Below, piece by piece: positions 1 to 8,529 of a DNA stretch of 64,000 nt. Below the pieces are notes generated by a model that saw only the letters and a program-made list of their open reading frames with translations, did no database searches and was not told the DNA's origin. The position numbers and the translations under genes were made by a program. Origin of the DNA: an uncultured Candidatus Saccharibacteria bacterium (GTDB taxonomy: Bacteria; Patescibacteriota; Minisyncoccia; Phycocordibacterales; UBA9988); assembly GCA_964401135.1 (NCBI GenBank), contig CAYNXC010000001.1, positions 122,778-186,777 of the forward strand, in the 5' to 3' direction. Every line of letters starts with the position of its first letter. The stretch's first letter is position 1.

Positions 1-1076
1 TGATTGAGCGAGTCCATACTCATGATGCTATTAAGTGAAGCGAGAGGACCCATACCGAGCACACCTTCACCTGCCTCAAGATTACCATCTCCGTCATCAT
101 TCCAAGTGATAACATTGATGAAGCTTGAAAGCTCACCCTTTCCTTCAGGATTACCTACTCCCGCTGCATCACCATCTTCCTCCTCTGTCTCAAGGAGAGA
201 ATTCTCTTGATCATCTTTGTTGCTCGTGATCAAGCAGGCGTAAGCATCATTGTCGTACACATGAAGTGAGATGACATTGGTACCCCAGTCAGCCGGCTTA
301 ATATCGTTGAAACCAAAGAAGTGATCACCTTCTCCTAAATCCTTTTCCTGCCAGAGTTTGCATTGATTCTGGAAGTCCTGTTGGAAGTATTCGTCACTGC
401 AATCGCCATCAATGGTCAATTTATAGAGAAGACCAGCTGGATTGCCTGAAACTGATCCGCCAGGAACCCCTTTATTCTTCACTACAAATTTGATTGTATT
501 ATCTCCTGATATAAGCCATGGCGTGATGAGAGAGGGACCGATAGTATCAGCTACTGCGAAGTTATTGTCATTAACATCATCCGCGACTAAGTGGCCATTC
601 ACATAGACTTGGTAACTGTTATCGGCTGCAACACTGAAATCAATGCTTGCGCTAGGGATAGGACCGACCCAGTTAAAAGACTTCTCAAAGGTGTAGGTAA
701 CATCAGTCACCACATCCTCAATAAGAACTGGATCTGTTGCCCAAATCCATGTCGCCCCAGGTATGCTTGCCGTCCAGTACTGTGTGGTAACAGATGTAGG
801 CGTTACCGCAAGAGCAGATGTAGTAGCAATCGGAACTCCATTCTTCGCGGTTACGATATTACTCGTATCGCTCACGATAGTTACATCACAGGTCTGACAG
901 TCTACGCCGTTGTAGGTCTGGCGAGTGTGATCTACCTTGAGATCAATGGAACCAGCGGTGAAGATGTTCCCCGTGGAGGTCTCGGTGTCGTTGTAGAAGG
1001 CTACAGTGCCTCCTATCACGACTACTGCCGCCACCGCGAGTGTCCCGAGGCTCAACAATATTTTATTTTTACTCAT
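1..1076 (-). CDS. TasA/camelysin-like secreted protein (SipW-cognate signal-peptide family). The ATG is at 1076 and the C-terminus runs off the window start.
   Basis: The reverse-strand translation begins MSKNKILLSLGTLAVAAVVVIGGTVAFYNDTETSTGNIFTAGSIDLK, an N-terminus paralogous to the next gene. The plus-strand ORFs 4..210 and 591..1220 are antisense artefacts. Confidence 0.55.
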   Translation of the reverse strand, partial: MSKNKILLSLGTLAVAAVVVIGGTVAFYNDTETSTGNIFTAGSIDLKVDHTRQTYNGVDCQTCDVTIVSDTSNIVTAKNGVPIATTSALAVTPTSVTTQYWTASIPGATWIWATDPVLIEDVVTDVTYTFEKSFNWVGPIPSASIDFSVAADNSYQVYVNGHLVADDVNDNNFAVADTIGPSLITPWLISGDNTIKFVVKNKGVPGGSVSGNPAGLLYKLTIDGDCSDEYFQQDFQNQCKLWQEKDLGEGDHFFGFNDIKPADWGTNVISLHVYDNDAYACLITSNKDDQENSLLETEEEDGDAAGVGNPEGKGELSSFINVITWNDDGDGNLEAGEGVLGMGPLASLNSIMSMDSLN

Positions 1077-1116
1077 ATCATTTCTGTGGGATTAGTAAGA
1101 AGGCTATTTGTCATCA

Positions 1117-1887
1117 CTAGTTCTGAGGAGCGCAAACAAAGCTGGAGTTATTCCGTGACTGTTCTACACGAAATGAAATGTCAGCTGTTACTGAGTCCGT
1201 CTGAGACTCATTACCCATAAGAAGTCCTGAACATGTAGTAGTACCTGTTCCAAGATCAACTGTCATATCTCCAGCACACCACTGTAAGCCAATGTATTGT
1301 GTGGTATTTGAAGCCATCGGCACTGTTAATGAATCGGCAATAGTGTATGTCTTACCGTTAAGTACATCACTTGCCTGTCCGATTCCACTTGCCTGTGTAA
1401 AGAGTTTTATTTCTGATGACGCTGGCTCAAAGACTCCATCCCCATCGATATCCGCCCATGCGAAGAAGTCCAAGTTTTGAGCGAGTTCACCTTCTCCTGC
1501 CCCGTCAGCATCGGCATCCACTTCATCTTCAGGCTCTGTAAGTCCATTACCATCATTGTGGAGGTTAGTAATGTCTAAACATGCGTATGCATCATTGTTT
1601 GAGACATGAAGACTAATAACATTCGTACCACTATCTCCAGGCTTTACATCACTGAAGTTGAAAAACTTATCTGATGTAGGGACAAGATTTTTCATCGTCC
1701 ATGTAGAAGTTGCCCATGCATTACCGTTATAGGTCGCAGTACTGTCAATCGTCAAATCAATTGCGCCTGCGGTGAAAGTGTTACCGCTTGAGGTCTCGGT
1801 ATCACTAAAAAAAGCACCCGTTGCGCCAGCAACAACAGCTCCCGCGAAGGCGATCATCGTCAAAGAAAAGAGAATCCTCCTATTCAT
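1117..1887 (-). CDS. TasA/camelysin-like secreted protein (SipW-cognate signal peptide class)
   Basis: The N-terminus MNRRILFSLTMIAFAGAVVAGATGAFFSDTETSSGNTFTAGAIDLTID is the classic SipW-cognate signal and TasA/CalY motif. It is a tandem paralog of the upstream gene. Confidence 0.65.
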   Translation of the reverse strand: MNRRILFSLTMIAFAGAVVAGATGAFFSDTETSSGNTFTAGAIDLTIDSTATYNGNAWATSTWTMKNLVPTSDKFFNFSDVKPGDSGTNVISLHVSNNDAYACLDITNLHNDGNGLTEPEDEVDADADGAGEGELAQNLDFFAWADIDGDGVFEPASSEIKLFTQASGIGQASDVLNGKTYTIADSLTVPMASNTTQYIGLQWCAGDMTVDLGTGTTTCSGLLMGNESQTDSVTADISFRVEQSRNNSSFVCAPQN

Positions 1888-2209
1888 AATTATTGTTACT
1901 GTGAATAATTAACTGTTGATAATGAAAGAACAATATTCATTGTACCCTCTTTTATTTCTTGATTCGACCAAGGCAATCAGACGAGTACCTCCAGGGAGTA
2001 CGCTTGAAGTTACCCTAGCCGCTATTATTGTCTTAAGGATAGCCATTGTCAACTCTATCGTCTCTTTGTCTAGAGGACAAAGTCTCCCTGCCTATTTCAA
2101 TAGGTCATTGTCCTTTACTTCAGACTTATCTTGTCTCACATTCTTTGTCTTTTATGCGTCCTATAGGACAAATTCAAATTTATACACACTATGTTATGAT
2201 AGATGGATT

Positions 2210-4369
2210 ATGGATGAACGGTTAAAAAAGCCGTACAACCCCGTAGAGAATGAGGAGAGCGCTTACCGACTCTGGGAGTCTAGTGGTTTTTTTAATCCAG
2301 ACAACCTCACGGGTAAGCGCGAGAAGAGCTACACCATCCTTATGCCGCCACCCAACGCCAACGGCCACCTCCATGTGGGACACGCCTTGGGCACTACCAT
2401 CCAAGATATTATGATCCGCTACCGCCGTATGGCAGGCTACAGAGCACTCTGGCTCCCCGGCGCTGACCATGCAGGCTTTGAGACACAGGTAGTGTATGAG
2501 AAGAAGTTAGAGAAGGAGGGTCGCTCGCGCTTAGGTATGCCACGAGAAGAGCTCTATAAAGAGATACTTGCCTTTACCTTAGAGAATAAAAAATTTATGG
2601 AGGACGAGGTACGCGCACTCGGCGCCTCCTGTGACTGGTCTCGTGAAAAATTTACCTTAGATCCAGATATTGTAGAAGTTGTATACGGAACCTTCCGTAA
2701 GCTCTTTAATGACGGGCTCGTTTACCGAGGCAAACGGATGGTCAACTGGTGTACCAAGCACCAAACATCACTCTCTGATCTAGAGGCAGCATCAAAAACA
2801 CAAAAAGATACACTCTATTACATTAGCTACGGGCCACTTACCGTAGCCACCGTCCGCCCCGAGACCATCTTCGGCGATGTAGCAGTTGCCGTACACCCAA
2901 GTGACACACGCTACAGAGCGCTTGTTGGCAGCACTATTACAGTCACCACTCCCATCGGCTCCATGGACTTGCCGGTGATTGCTGATGAGACAGTGGACAC
3001 AGACTTTGGCACCGGGGCACTTAAAATCACTCCCGCCCACGATCAAAACGACTTTGAGATGGGTAAGCGACACTCACTCCCTGTGACTGAAGTGATTGAT
3101 CAGTATGGGAAGTTGAATGAGAAAACAGGCAAATACGCGGGGATGAAGATTGACGAGGCACGGAACGCAGTTGCCAAAGACCTTGCGGAGATGGGGCTCT
3201 TAGTGAAGACAGAGGAGTACGAACACGCCGTGAGTACCTGCTATAAGTGTGCAAAGACTTTAGAACCACGCATACTCCCTCAGTGGTTTGTAAAAATGGA
3301 GCCACTCGCAGCTCGCGCGCTTGAGGCAGTACGGACAAAAGAAGTCACCATACTCCCCGACTACTCTGAAAAAGTATTTAATAACTGGCTCTCGGATATC
3401 CGTGATTGGAACATCTCCCGTCAGATTACATGGGGGATCCCTATCCCTGCCAAGATTTGTAGCGTCTGTGATTACGGCACTGCAGATACAGGACAGAGCG
3501 TATGTCCCGGATGTAGTAAAGAACTCGTGCCCGACCCAGACACCTTTGACACTTGGTTTTCATCTGGGCAGTGGCCATTTGCAACGCTTGGGCACCCGGA
3601 TGGGGAAGACTTCCACACCTTCTACCCCACGGCAGTCATGGAGACTGCCTACGATATTCTCTTCTTTTGGGTAGCGCGTATGATCATGCTCGGTCTCTAC
3701 CGTACTGGGAAGGCCCCCTTCAATCATGTGTACTTGCACGGACTGGTACGCGATGCCACGAGACAGAAGATGAGTAAGAGTAAGGGCAATGTGGTTAACC
3801 CCATTGAGCTCCTCACCCAGTACGGCACCGACGCCCTGCGCATGGGACTCATCGTGGGCAACACTCCGGGGACTGATTTAGCATTTTCTGAAGATAAGAT
3901 AAGGGGCTACAAGCACTTCGCCAATAAAATATGGAATGTTGCTCGCTTTGTGCTAGAGCGTATAGATGAATCTCCTCTCCATGAGAGACCAGAACTTACG
4001 CAGGAGGATGAGGCTCGCTTACAAGAACTCTCTGCGCTCACTCGTGATGTAAGCTCCGACTTGGATGAGTTCCGCTTTCATCTCGCGGGAGAAAAGTTAT
4101 ACCACTACTTCTGGCATACATTTGCTGATAAGATGGTGGAGGAGAGCAAGGTACAGCTGAAAGAAGGGACTGAGGAGGTGAAGCGCTCTACACGCTTTAC
4201 ACTACTCTCTCTCCTCTGTACCTCTCTGGTGCTCCTACACCCTTTTATGCCGTTTATTACCGAGACACTCTGGCAACTCATACCAGCCAAACTGCGCGTA
4301 CTCGTAGGATACCGTGAAGCGCTCCTTATGATTGCCCCATGGCCTCTCTCTCACTCGGAACTATCCTAA
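2210..4369 (+). CDS. valS: Valine--tRNA ligase. The ORF opens at 1916, but the conserved N-terminus starts at Met 2210.
   Basis: Motifs PPPNANGHLHVGHAL, DTWFSSGQWPFATLGHP and KMSKSKGN. It ends right after the anticodon-binding domain, with no C-terminal coiled coil. Confidence 0.85.
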   Translation: MDERLKKPYNPVENEESAYRLWESSGFFNPDNLTGKREKSYTILMPPPNANGHLHVGHALGTTIQDIMIRYRRMAGYRALWLPGADHAGFETQVVYEKKLEKEGRSRLGMPREELYKEILAFTLENKKFMEDEVRALGASCDWSREKFTLDPDIVEVVYGTFRKLFNDGLVYRGKRMVNWCTKHQTSLSDLEAASKTQKDTLYYISYGPLTVATVRPETIFGDVAVAVHPSDTRYRALVGSTITVTTPIGSMDLPVIADETVDTDFGTGALKITPAHDQNDFEMGKRHSLPVTEVIDQYGKLNEKTGKYAGMKIDEARNAVAKDLAEMGLLVKTEEYEHAVSTCYKCAKTLEPRILPQWFVKMEPLAARALEAVRTKEVTILPDYSEKVFNNWLSDIRDWNISRQITWGIPIPAKICSVCDYGTADTGQSVCPGCSKELVPDPDTFDTWFSSGQWPFATLGHPDGEDFHTFYPTAVMETAYDILFFWVARMIMLGLYRTGKAPFNHVYLHGLVRDATRQKMSKSKGNVVNPIELLTQYGTDALRMGLIVGNTPGTDLAFSEDKIRGYKHFANKIWNVARFVLERIDESPLHERPELTQEDEARLQELSALTRDVSSDLDEFRFHLAGEKLYHYFWHTFADKMVEESKVQLKEGTEEVKRSTRFTLLSLLCTSLVLLHPFMPFITETLWQLIPAKLRVLVGYREALLMIAPWPLSHSELS

Positions 4370-5046
4370 CTTTTATCTTAGGCGGGACCATCCCCGCGGT
4401 GATTTGGTTATGGTTTTGGCTCAAGGAGGATGCTGCGCGACCAGAGCCACGAAGCATCATTATTGGAACCTTCATTGCAGGGGCTGTCGCAACGATCCCC
4501 GCCTTTATTTTAGAAAAGTACACCCGTGACATTCTGGGGATGAGCAGTGGAGCGAGCTTATTTCTTATATGGGCGCTCATTGAGGAGACAGTAAAGTATG
4601 GGGCGGCTCTCTTGACTGCCGAGAGGACTAAAAGTTACGACGAACCTGTTGATTCAATGATCTATATGATGACAGCCGCGCTCGGCTTTGCTGCATGCGA
4701 AAACTTATTCTTTCTCATTGATCACAGTATGGATGGTATCGCTCTCCACGAGTTTTTGCTCGGCGGAAATCTGCGCTTCTTAGGTGCTAACATCTTACAC
4801 CCTATCGCCTCGGGTATTGCGGGTGGCATTATTGCCCTCGCTTTCTACCGCAGTACCGCAGAGCGTGCCTACGCTACCACTCTTGGACTTATCACCGCTA
4901 CAGTATTGCACACTATTTTCAACTTGCTTATAATACGGAGTAGCGGCGGAGGGATACTCGCGACATTTTCATTCTTCTGGATTGTTGCCGCGCTTGTCAT
5001 CCTCCTTTTTGAACGAGTAAAACGTATACAACCATATTATGTTTAG
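4339..5046 (+). CDS. PrsW-like intramembrane protease family membrane protein
   Basis: Multi-TM protein carrying IEETVKYG (an EExxK-like motif), GFAACEN and HPIASGIAGG motifs. Confidence 0.4.
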   Translation: MASLSLGTILTFILGGTIPAVIWLWFWLKEDAARPEPRSIIIGTFIAGAVATIPAFILEKYTRDILGMSSGASLFLIWALIEETVKYGAALLTAERTKSYDEPVDSMIYMMTAALGFAACENLFFLIDHSMDGIALHEFLLGGNLRFLGANILHPIASGIAGGIIALAFYRSTAERAYATTLGLITATVLHTIFNLLIIRSSGGGILATFSFFWIVAALVILLFERVKRIQPYYV

Positions 5047-5503
5047 ACGAAAAAGATCATTTTTTGAACGACTCACTGGGAGTATGGCTCTCGAGGATGA
5101 ATTGGATGATGCAAAAGATGGAGATGAGGATCGCATCAACTCACCGAGCCTTGGCTGGGAGCGCGGTGAGGAGATGAGTGACCTCTCTCTGGATCTTTAC
5201 CAGACACCAAATGAGATTATTATCCAGACAATGGTAGCTGGAGTGAAGCCAGAAGATTTAGATGTAAATATCACTCGTGAATCTGTAACGATCAGCGGTA
5301 AGCGGAGCGAACAAAAGCAGGTTGTAGAAGAGAGTTACTTCCTCCGTGAACTCTCATGGGGCTCTTTTGAGCGTACTATTGCACTCCCACAAGAAGTAGA
5401 GCCAGAAGAAGCTGAGGCTGTAGAACGCCATGGACTCCTCACCATCCGCCTCCCCAAGCTCAACAAAGACAAGACACAAAAACTAAAGGTACGGATTGGG
5501 TAG
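5039..5503 (+). CDS. Hsp20/alpha-crystallin small heat-shock protein
   Basis: DLYQTPNEIIIQTMVAGVKPEDLDVNI...GSFERTIALPQEV...GLLTIRLPK, an alpha-crystallin domain pattern. Confidence 0.8.
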   Translation: MFRRKRSFFERLTGSMALEDELDDAKDGDEDRINSPSLGWERGEEMSDLSLDLYQTPNEIIIQTMVAGVKPEDLDVNITRESVTISGKRSEQKQVVEESYFLRELSWGSFERTIALPQEVEPEEAEAVERHGLLTIRLPKLNKDKTQKLKVRIG

Positions 5504-5521
5504 TAAAGTAATTATATAAAC

Positions 5522-6037
5522 ATGAGAAAGAGAAAAACTCCAAAAACATTGTTGGTCATATTACTTGTTATCGTTGCTGGTATTATTGGATACTTTCTGC
5601 TGACAAGACTAGACTCGGATGAGACCACAAATTGGAGGACATACAGGAGTGAGCAGTATGGAATAGAATTCCAGTATCCAACAGATTGGAAAGTTCGGAT
5701 TCTGAGAGAAGGAGATATTGGTAGTATCGTGCAAGTATTTAGCCCAGAATCGTATACTTCTGCGATGAGAGGAGACTCTGACTCCCCCACTGATCAATTT
5801 GCTGTACGAATTTTACATAATAGAGATTATGAGAATATAGTCACAGGTAAAGAGATCATTTTAGATGGTAAAAAGGCGATAGATAGAGGCTGGGAGCAGA
5901 ACGAAATGACGGGAGTTCCACTCAGAATAATTAAGGTTTTAGTTGATCCATCAATCACTATTGAAATAAGTGCCATCTCAACTACTTCTAAAAAGGTGGA
6001 AGAACAGATGCTTTCGACTTTTAAGCTCATCCCATAA
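5522..6037 (+). CDS. Hypothetical N-terminally membrane-anchored protein
   Basis: N-terminal TM helix (LLVILLVIVAGIIGYFLL). No recognisable motif. Confidence 0.35.
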   Translation: MRKRKTPKTLLVILLVIVAGIIGYFLLTRLDSDETTNWRTYRSEQYGIEFQYPTDWKVRILREGDIGSIVQVFSPESYTSAMRGDSDSPTDQFAVRILHNRDYENIVTGKEIILDGKKAIDRGWEQNEMTGVPLRIIKVLVDPSITIEISAISTTSKKVEEQMLSTFKLIP

Positions 6038-6211
6038 ATCCAGATATCTGTGTATTTATACAACCACGCTCGAACCTGCCGACCGGCAGGCAGACCGGCG
6101 ACCCGCCTCTCGCCTGTCTCGCAATGCTAAACATCGGCGAGCCATTCGGACCGGATGAGAAGCAAACTGCTTTGCTTCTCATCCCTTCGCCCTTCAGTCG
6201 ATTTTTGTTCT

Positions 6212-6287
6212 TGGTGTCGAGAGCCGGGCTCGAACCGGCGACCCTTCGCTCTTCAGGCGAATGCTCTACCAACTGAGCTATCTCGAC
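6212..6287 (-). tRNA. tRNA-Phe (GAA), CCA encoded
   Basis: The reverse complement GTCGAGATAGCTCAGTTGGTAGAGCATTCGCCTGAAGAGCGAAGGGTCGCCGGTTCGAGCCCGGCTCTCGACACCA folds as a cloverleaf. The anticodon loop CTGAAGA gives GAA. Confidence 0.9.
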
Positions 6288-6339
6288 ATAATTTCACTAT
6301 ACTCCACCCGGCTCTCTCCTTCAAAGCGTCGAGGCTGAA

Positions 6340-6612
6340 CTACCTAGGCGTGAGGGCGCCATTGATTGCATTCAATTGGCTCTTAGTACTCTCTATCATC
6401 CCCGCAGCCAGATCCCACGCATCCATGACGCTGTTTATCTGCGGTTCAAAGTAGTAGTAGAGTCCCACAGATGAGCCAATGATGATCACCCACCTGAGTA
6501 CACTGAGAGAGATCCCCCAGAGTCGTGCGCGCTGGATAGATCGTAATATGCGATTATTCTCTTGAGCCAACTCAAGGGTCTCGTGTACCTCTTCTCGCAT
6601 ATCATGATCCAT
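6340..6612 (-). CDS. Hypothetical small membrane protein
   Basis: 90-aa ORF with one TM segment (VLRWVIIIGSSVGLYYYF). Confidence 0.3.
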   Translation of the reverse strand: MDHDMREEVHETLELAQENNRILRSIQRARLWGISLSVLRWVIIIGSSVGLYYYFEPQINSVMDAWDLAAGMIESTKSQLNAINGALTPR

Positions 6613-6682
6613 TATCCAATCGTAGCAGAGGGGGTACTAAAAATCAAAAGCCCTGTCCGCCTAAGGCAGGCAGGGCTCTACC

Positions 6683-7135
6683 TCACACCACTATTCGGTG
6701 GAGCAGGAGTAGTGTGAGTTCTTCCCAATCAGGAACGCAGTAAAATCGGTTTGGCAGTCCGTCATGGACTTGGGAACCGAAAAGCAGGCAGTGTGTAACC
6801 GAATCTGGCATCGCATCAAGAACATCAAAACGGTCGTCAATCATATGAGTGAGACCAATTTCCTGTGCGATCACAACTTTTTCCCACCAATGATTACAGT
6901 AGAGTGCATCCACTCTCTTGATGCCGGTTCGCGCCCAGAAATCCCTCTGTGAGAGCCATCGGTTTATAAACCATCGAGATCCTGACAAAGTCTGTGAGAG
7001 AAGATAGATATGGTCAAAACCAGCACAGGCATGGATGCGGGTAATATCCTCTATGGCTCCAGTGACTTCCACACTCCTTGGCCCACGAATGACACCGCCG
7101 ATGTCAATGCCGAGTATCCTAGACATTATGGACAC
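6683..7135 (-). CDS. Hypothetical protein (possible HAD-like or nucleotidase-like fold)
   Basis: The N-terminal ILGIDIGGVI and the later MIDDRFDVL loosely resemble HAD motifs. The match is weak. Confidence 0.3.
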   Translation of the reverse strand: MSIMSRILGIDIGGVIRGPRSVEVTGAIEDITRIHACAGFDHIYLLSQTLSGSRWFINRWLSQRDFWARTGIKRVDALYCNHWWEKVVIAQEIGLTHMIDDRFDVLDAMPDSVTHCLLFGSQVHDGLPNRFYCVPDWEELTLLLLHRIVV

Positions 7136-7196
7136 CTCCTTTCTTATATAAAGTACTCTCCTTTTAGCCTAGCAGACAAGAAAAATAAGACAACAA

Positions 7197-7268
7197 CGCC
7201 CTCGGCAGGAATCGAACCCACATCAACCCCTTAGGACGGGGCTGTTCTATCCGTTGAACTACGAGGGC
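7197..7268 (-). tRNA. tRNA-Arg (CCU), no encoded CCA
   Basis: The reverse complement GCCCTCGTAGTTCAACGGATAGAACAGCCCCGTCCTAAGGGGTTGATGTGGGTTCGATTCCTGCCGAGGGCG folds with a 7-bp acceptor stem, a D stem GTTC/GAAC and an anticodon loop GTCCTAA. The T stem has two G-U pairs. Confidence 0.8.
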
Positions 7269-7371
7269 TACTAGGCGAGATGGTGTTCATTTTTTGAGTC
7301 GCGCCGGAGCCCTTTAGGGTAAAGCGCGAAGAAAGAACACCACGAGCCTTACCTCACTATAACAGAATTAT

Positions 7372-7611
7372 CTAAGAGATTCCGAGGAGGTTAGCGAGGG
7401 TCGGCTGATCAAAGCCAATAACAATATCTTTTTTATCAACTACAATCACCGGTACACCCATCTGCCCCGTCTTCTCAACCATCTCTTGTCGCTTCGCGAT
7501 ATCGCTCATCACATCGTACTCGGTAAAGGCAACTCCGTTCTCGGTAAAGTATTCCTTTGCCCTATGGCAAAAGTGACAGGTCGGCGTGGTATATATCTCA
7601 ACAGTGTACAT
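7372..7611 (-). CDS. Glutaredoxin-like (NrdH/Grx) thiol-disulfide protein
   Basis: A CHFC (CxxC) active site near the N-terminus, 79 aa, thioredoxin fold pattern (GVPVIVVD). Confidence 0.8.
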   Translation of the reverse strand: MYTVEIYTTPTCHFCHRAKEYFTENGVAFTEYDVMSDIAKRQEMVEKTGQMGVPVIVVDKKDIVIGFDQPTLANLLGIS

Positions 7612-7657
7612 AAAAAAGGCGCTTAACGCTTGTAATAATTCTAGTATAGCATAGCTG

Positions 7658-7972
7658 TCAAATTAACGCTGAGAGATCATCTTCAGGGCGCGCTTTGGTA
7701 CTACGCTCCTCACCACAGCGTTCGCATTGATGGACAATCACAAAGGTATCTCGCTTTTTTTCTAATCGCGTAGGCGGCATTAGCCCTCCACACAGCTCCA
7801 GCCTATCGCCAGGAAACATATCCACATGTTTACTGGTGAGACACACGGGGCAGTGGTTGGTATAGCCATCCCCTGCCACCTGTGCTCCACAGCGTTCACA
7901 AGTAAAATCCTCCTTGGTGCGTTTGAATCGCTCGCTCATGTGCGGGTAGGGAGAATCGGACTCCCGTCTCAT
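7658..7972 (-). CDS. RNHCP-domain protein. The true start is probably Met-12, at 7939.
   Basis: Contains YTNHCPVCLTSKHVD, which matches the RNHCP signature, plus flanking CxxC pairs consistent with a zinc ribbon. Confidence 0.6.
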   Translation of the reverse strand: MRRESDSPYPHMSERFKRTKEDFTCERCGAQVAGDGYTNHCPVCLTSKHVDMFPGDRLELCGGLMPPTRLEKKRDTFVIVHQCERCGEERSTKARPEDDLSALI

Positions 7973-8016
7973 GCTTGGGAAGCACGCGTTCTACCACTAA
8001 ACCATACCCGCTCTAT

Positions 8017-8436
8017 TCAAAAAAACCTCTCCCAAAAGGATTCTTTACTCGGCTCTGCCAGAGAGTCACTCGTCGTTGCTTCTACCTTCTCTTCTCCTGC
8101 AATCTGTATCACACCCTCGTCCGGCTTCGCCACAGGAAAGCGTGTCCGTAGTTCTGTCTCTACTCCTTCATCTGTTGAGAGACGCTCTAACTCCGTATCT
8201 AACTGCTCCTTCCGTGCTTGTAGACTTTCTAAATGAATCTCTGCTTCACGGCGACTTGCTTCGGCCGTGCGACTCTTCACATAGAGTCCACGCACCGAGG
8301 ACCCTAAGAGTAGCACAGTGGCAAGGAGGATGAGAAGGACCGGCCACGAGTATAGCCGCCGCAGAGAGGGTGCCGTCTTCTGTCCTTGAAATCTGTGCAT
8401 ACTACGAGTATAGTGTAGGGTAATGTTTGAAAGCAA
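8017..8436 (-). CDS. FtsB/DivIC-like septum-formation protein (TM segment plus coiled coil)
   Basis: A single TM segment (WPVLLILLATVLLLG) followed by a coiled coil EIHLESLQARKEQLDTELERL. The start may be an internal Met. Confidence 0.45.
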   Translation of the reverse strand: MLSNITLHYTRSMHRFQGQKTAPSLRRLYSWPVLLILLATVLLLGSSVRGLYVKSRTAEASRREAEIHLESLQARKEQLDTELERLSTDEGVETELRTRFPVAKPDEGVIQIAGEEKVEATTSDSLAEPSKESFWERFF

Positions 8437-8529
8437 GCACAGAAAGAAAATGCAGGTGGTCTGGGCAGTACTCGTCTTCTTGACCGCGCTCTCTATGATT
8501 ATCCTCTATGCTGCCCCTCTCCTCTCTCC

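Noticed and set aside
4-1220. Plus-strand ORFs 4..210 and 591..1220 supplied in the track
   Set aside because: They are antisense to the clearly homologous TasA-like minus-strand gene (a start codon at 1076, a signal peptide and the conserved motif). They also have odd composition (Cys/Arg-rich) and no motif.
6153-6210. 14-bp hairpin plus a later T-run, considered as the terminator of the 5522..6037 gene
   Set aside because: The T-tract is about 17 nt downstream of the hairpin, so it is not a canonical intrinsic terminator. The hairpin more likely belongs to the tRNA-like remnant.
7300-7345. Palindrome CGCGCCGGAGCCCTTTAGGGTAAAGCGCG after the glutaredoxin gene, considered as a terminator
   Set aside because: The U-tract is on the wrong side for a minus-strand terminator and none follows on the plus strand. 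It is more likely a structural palindrome or binding site, so it is not called.
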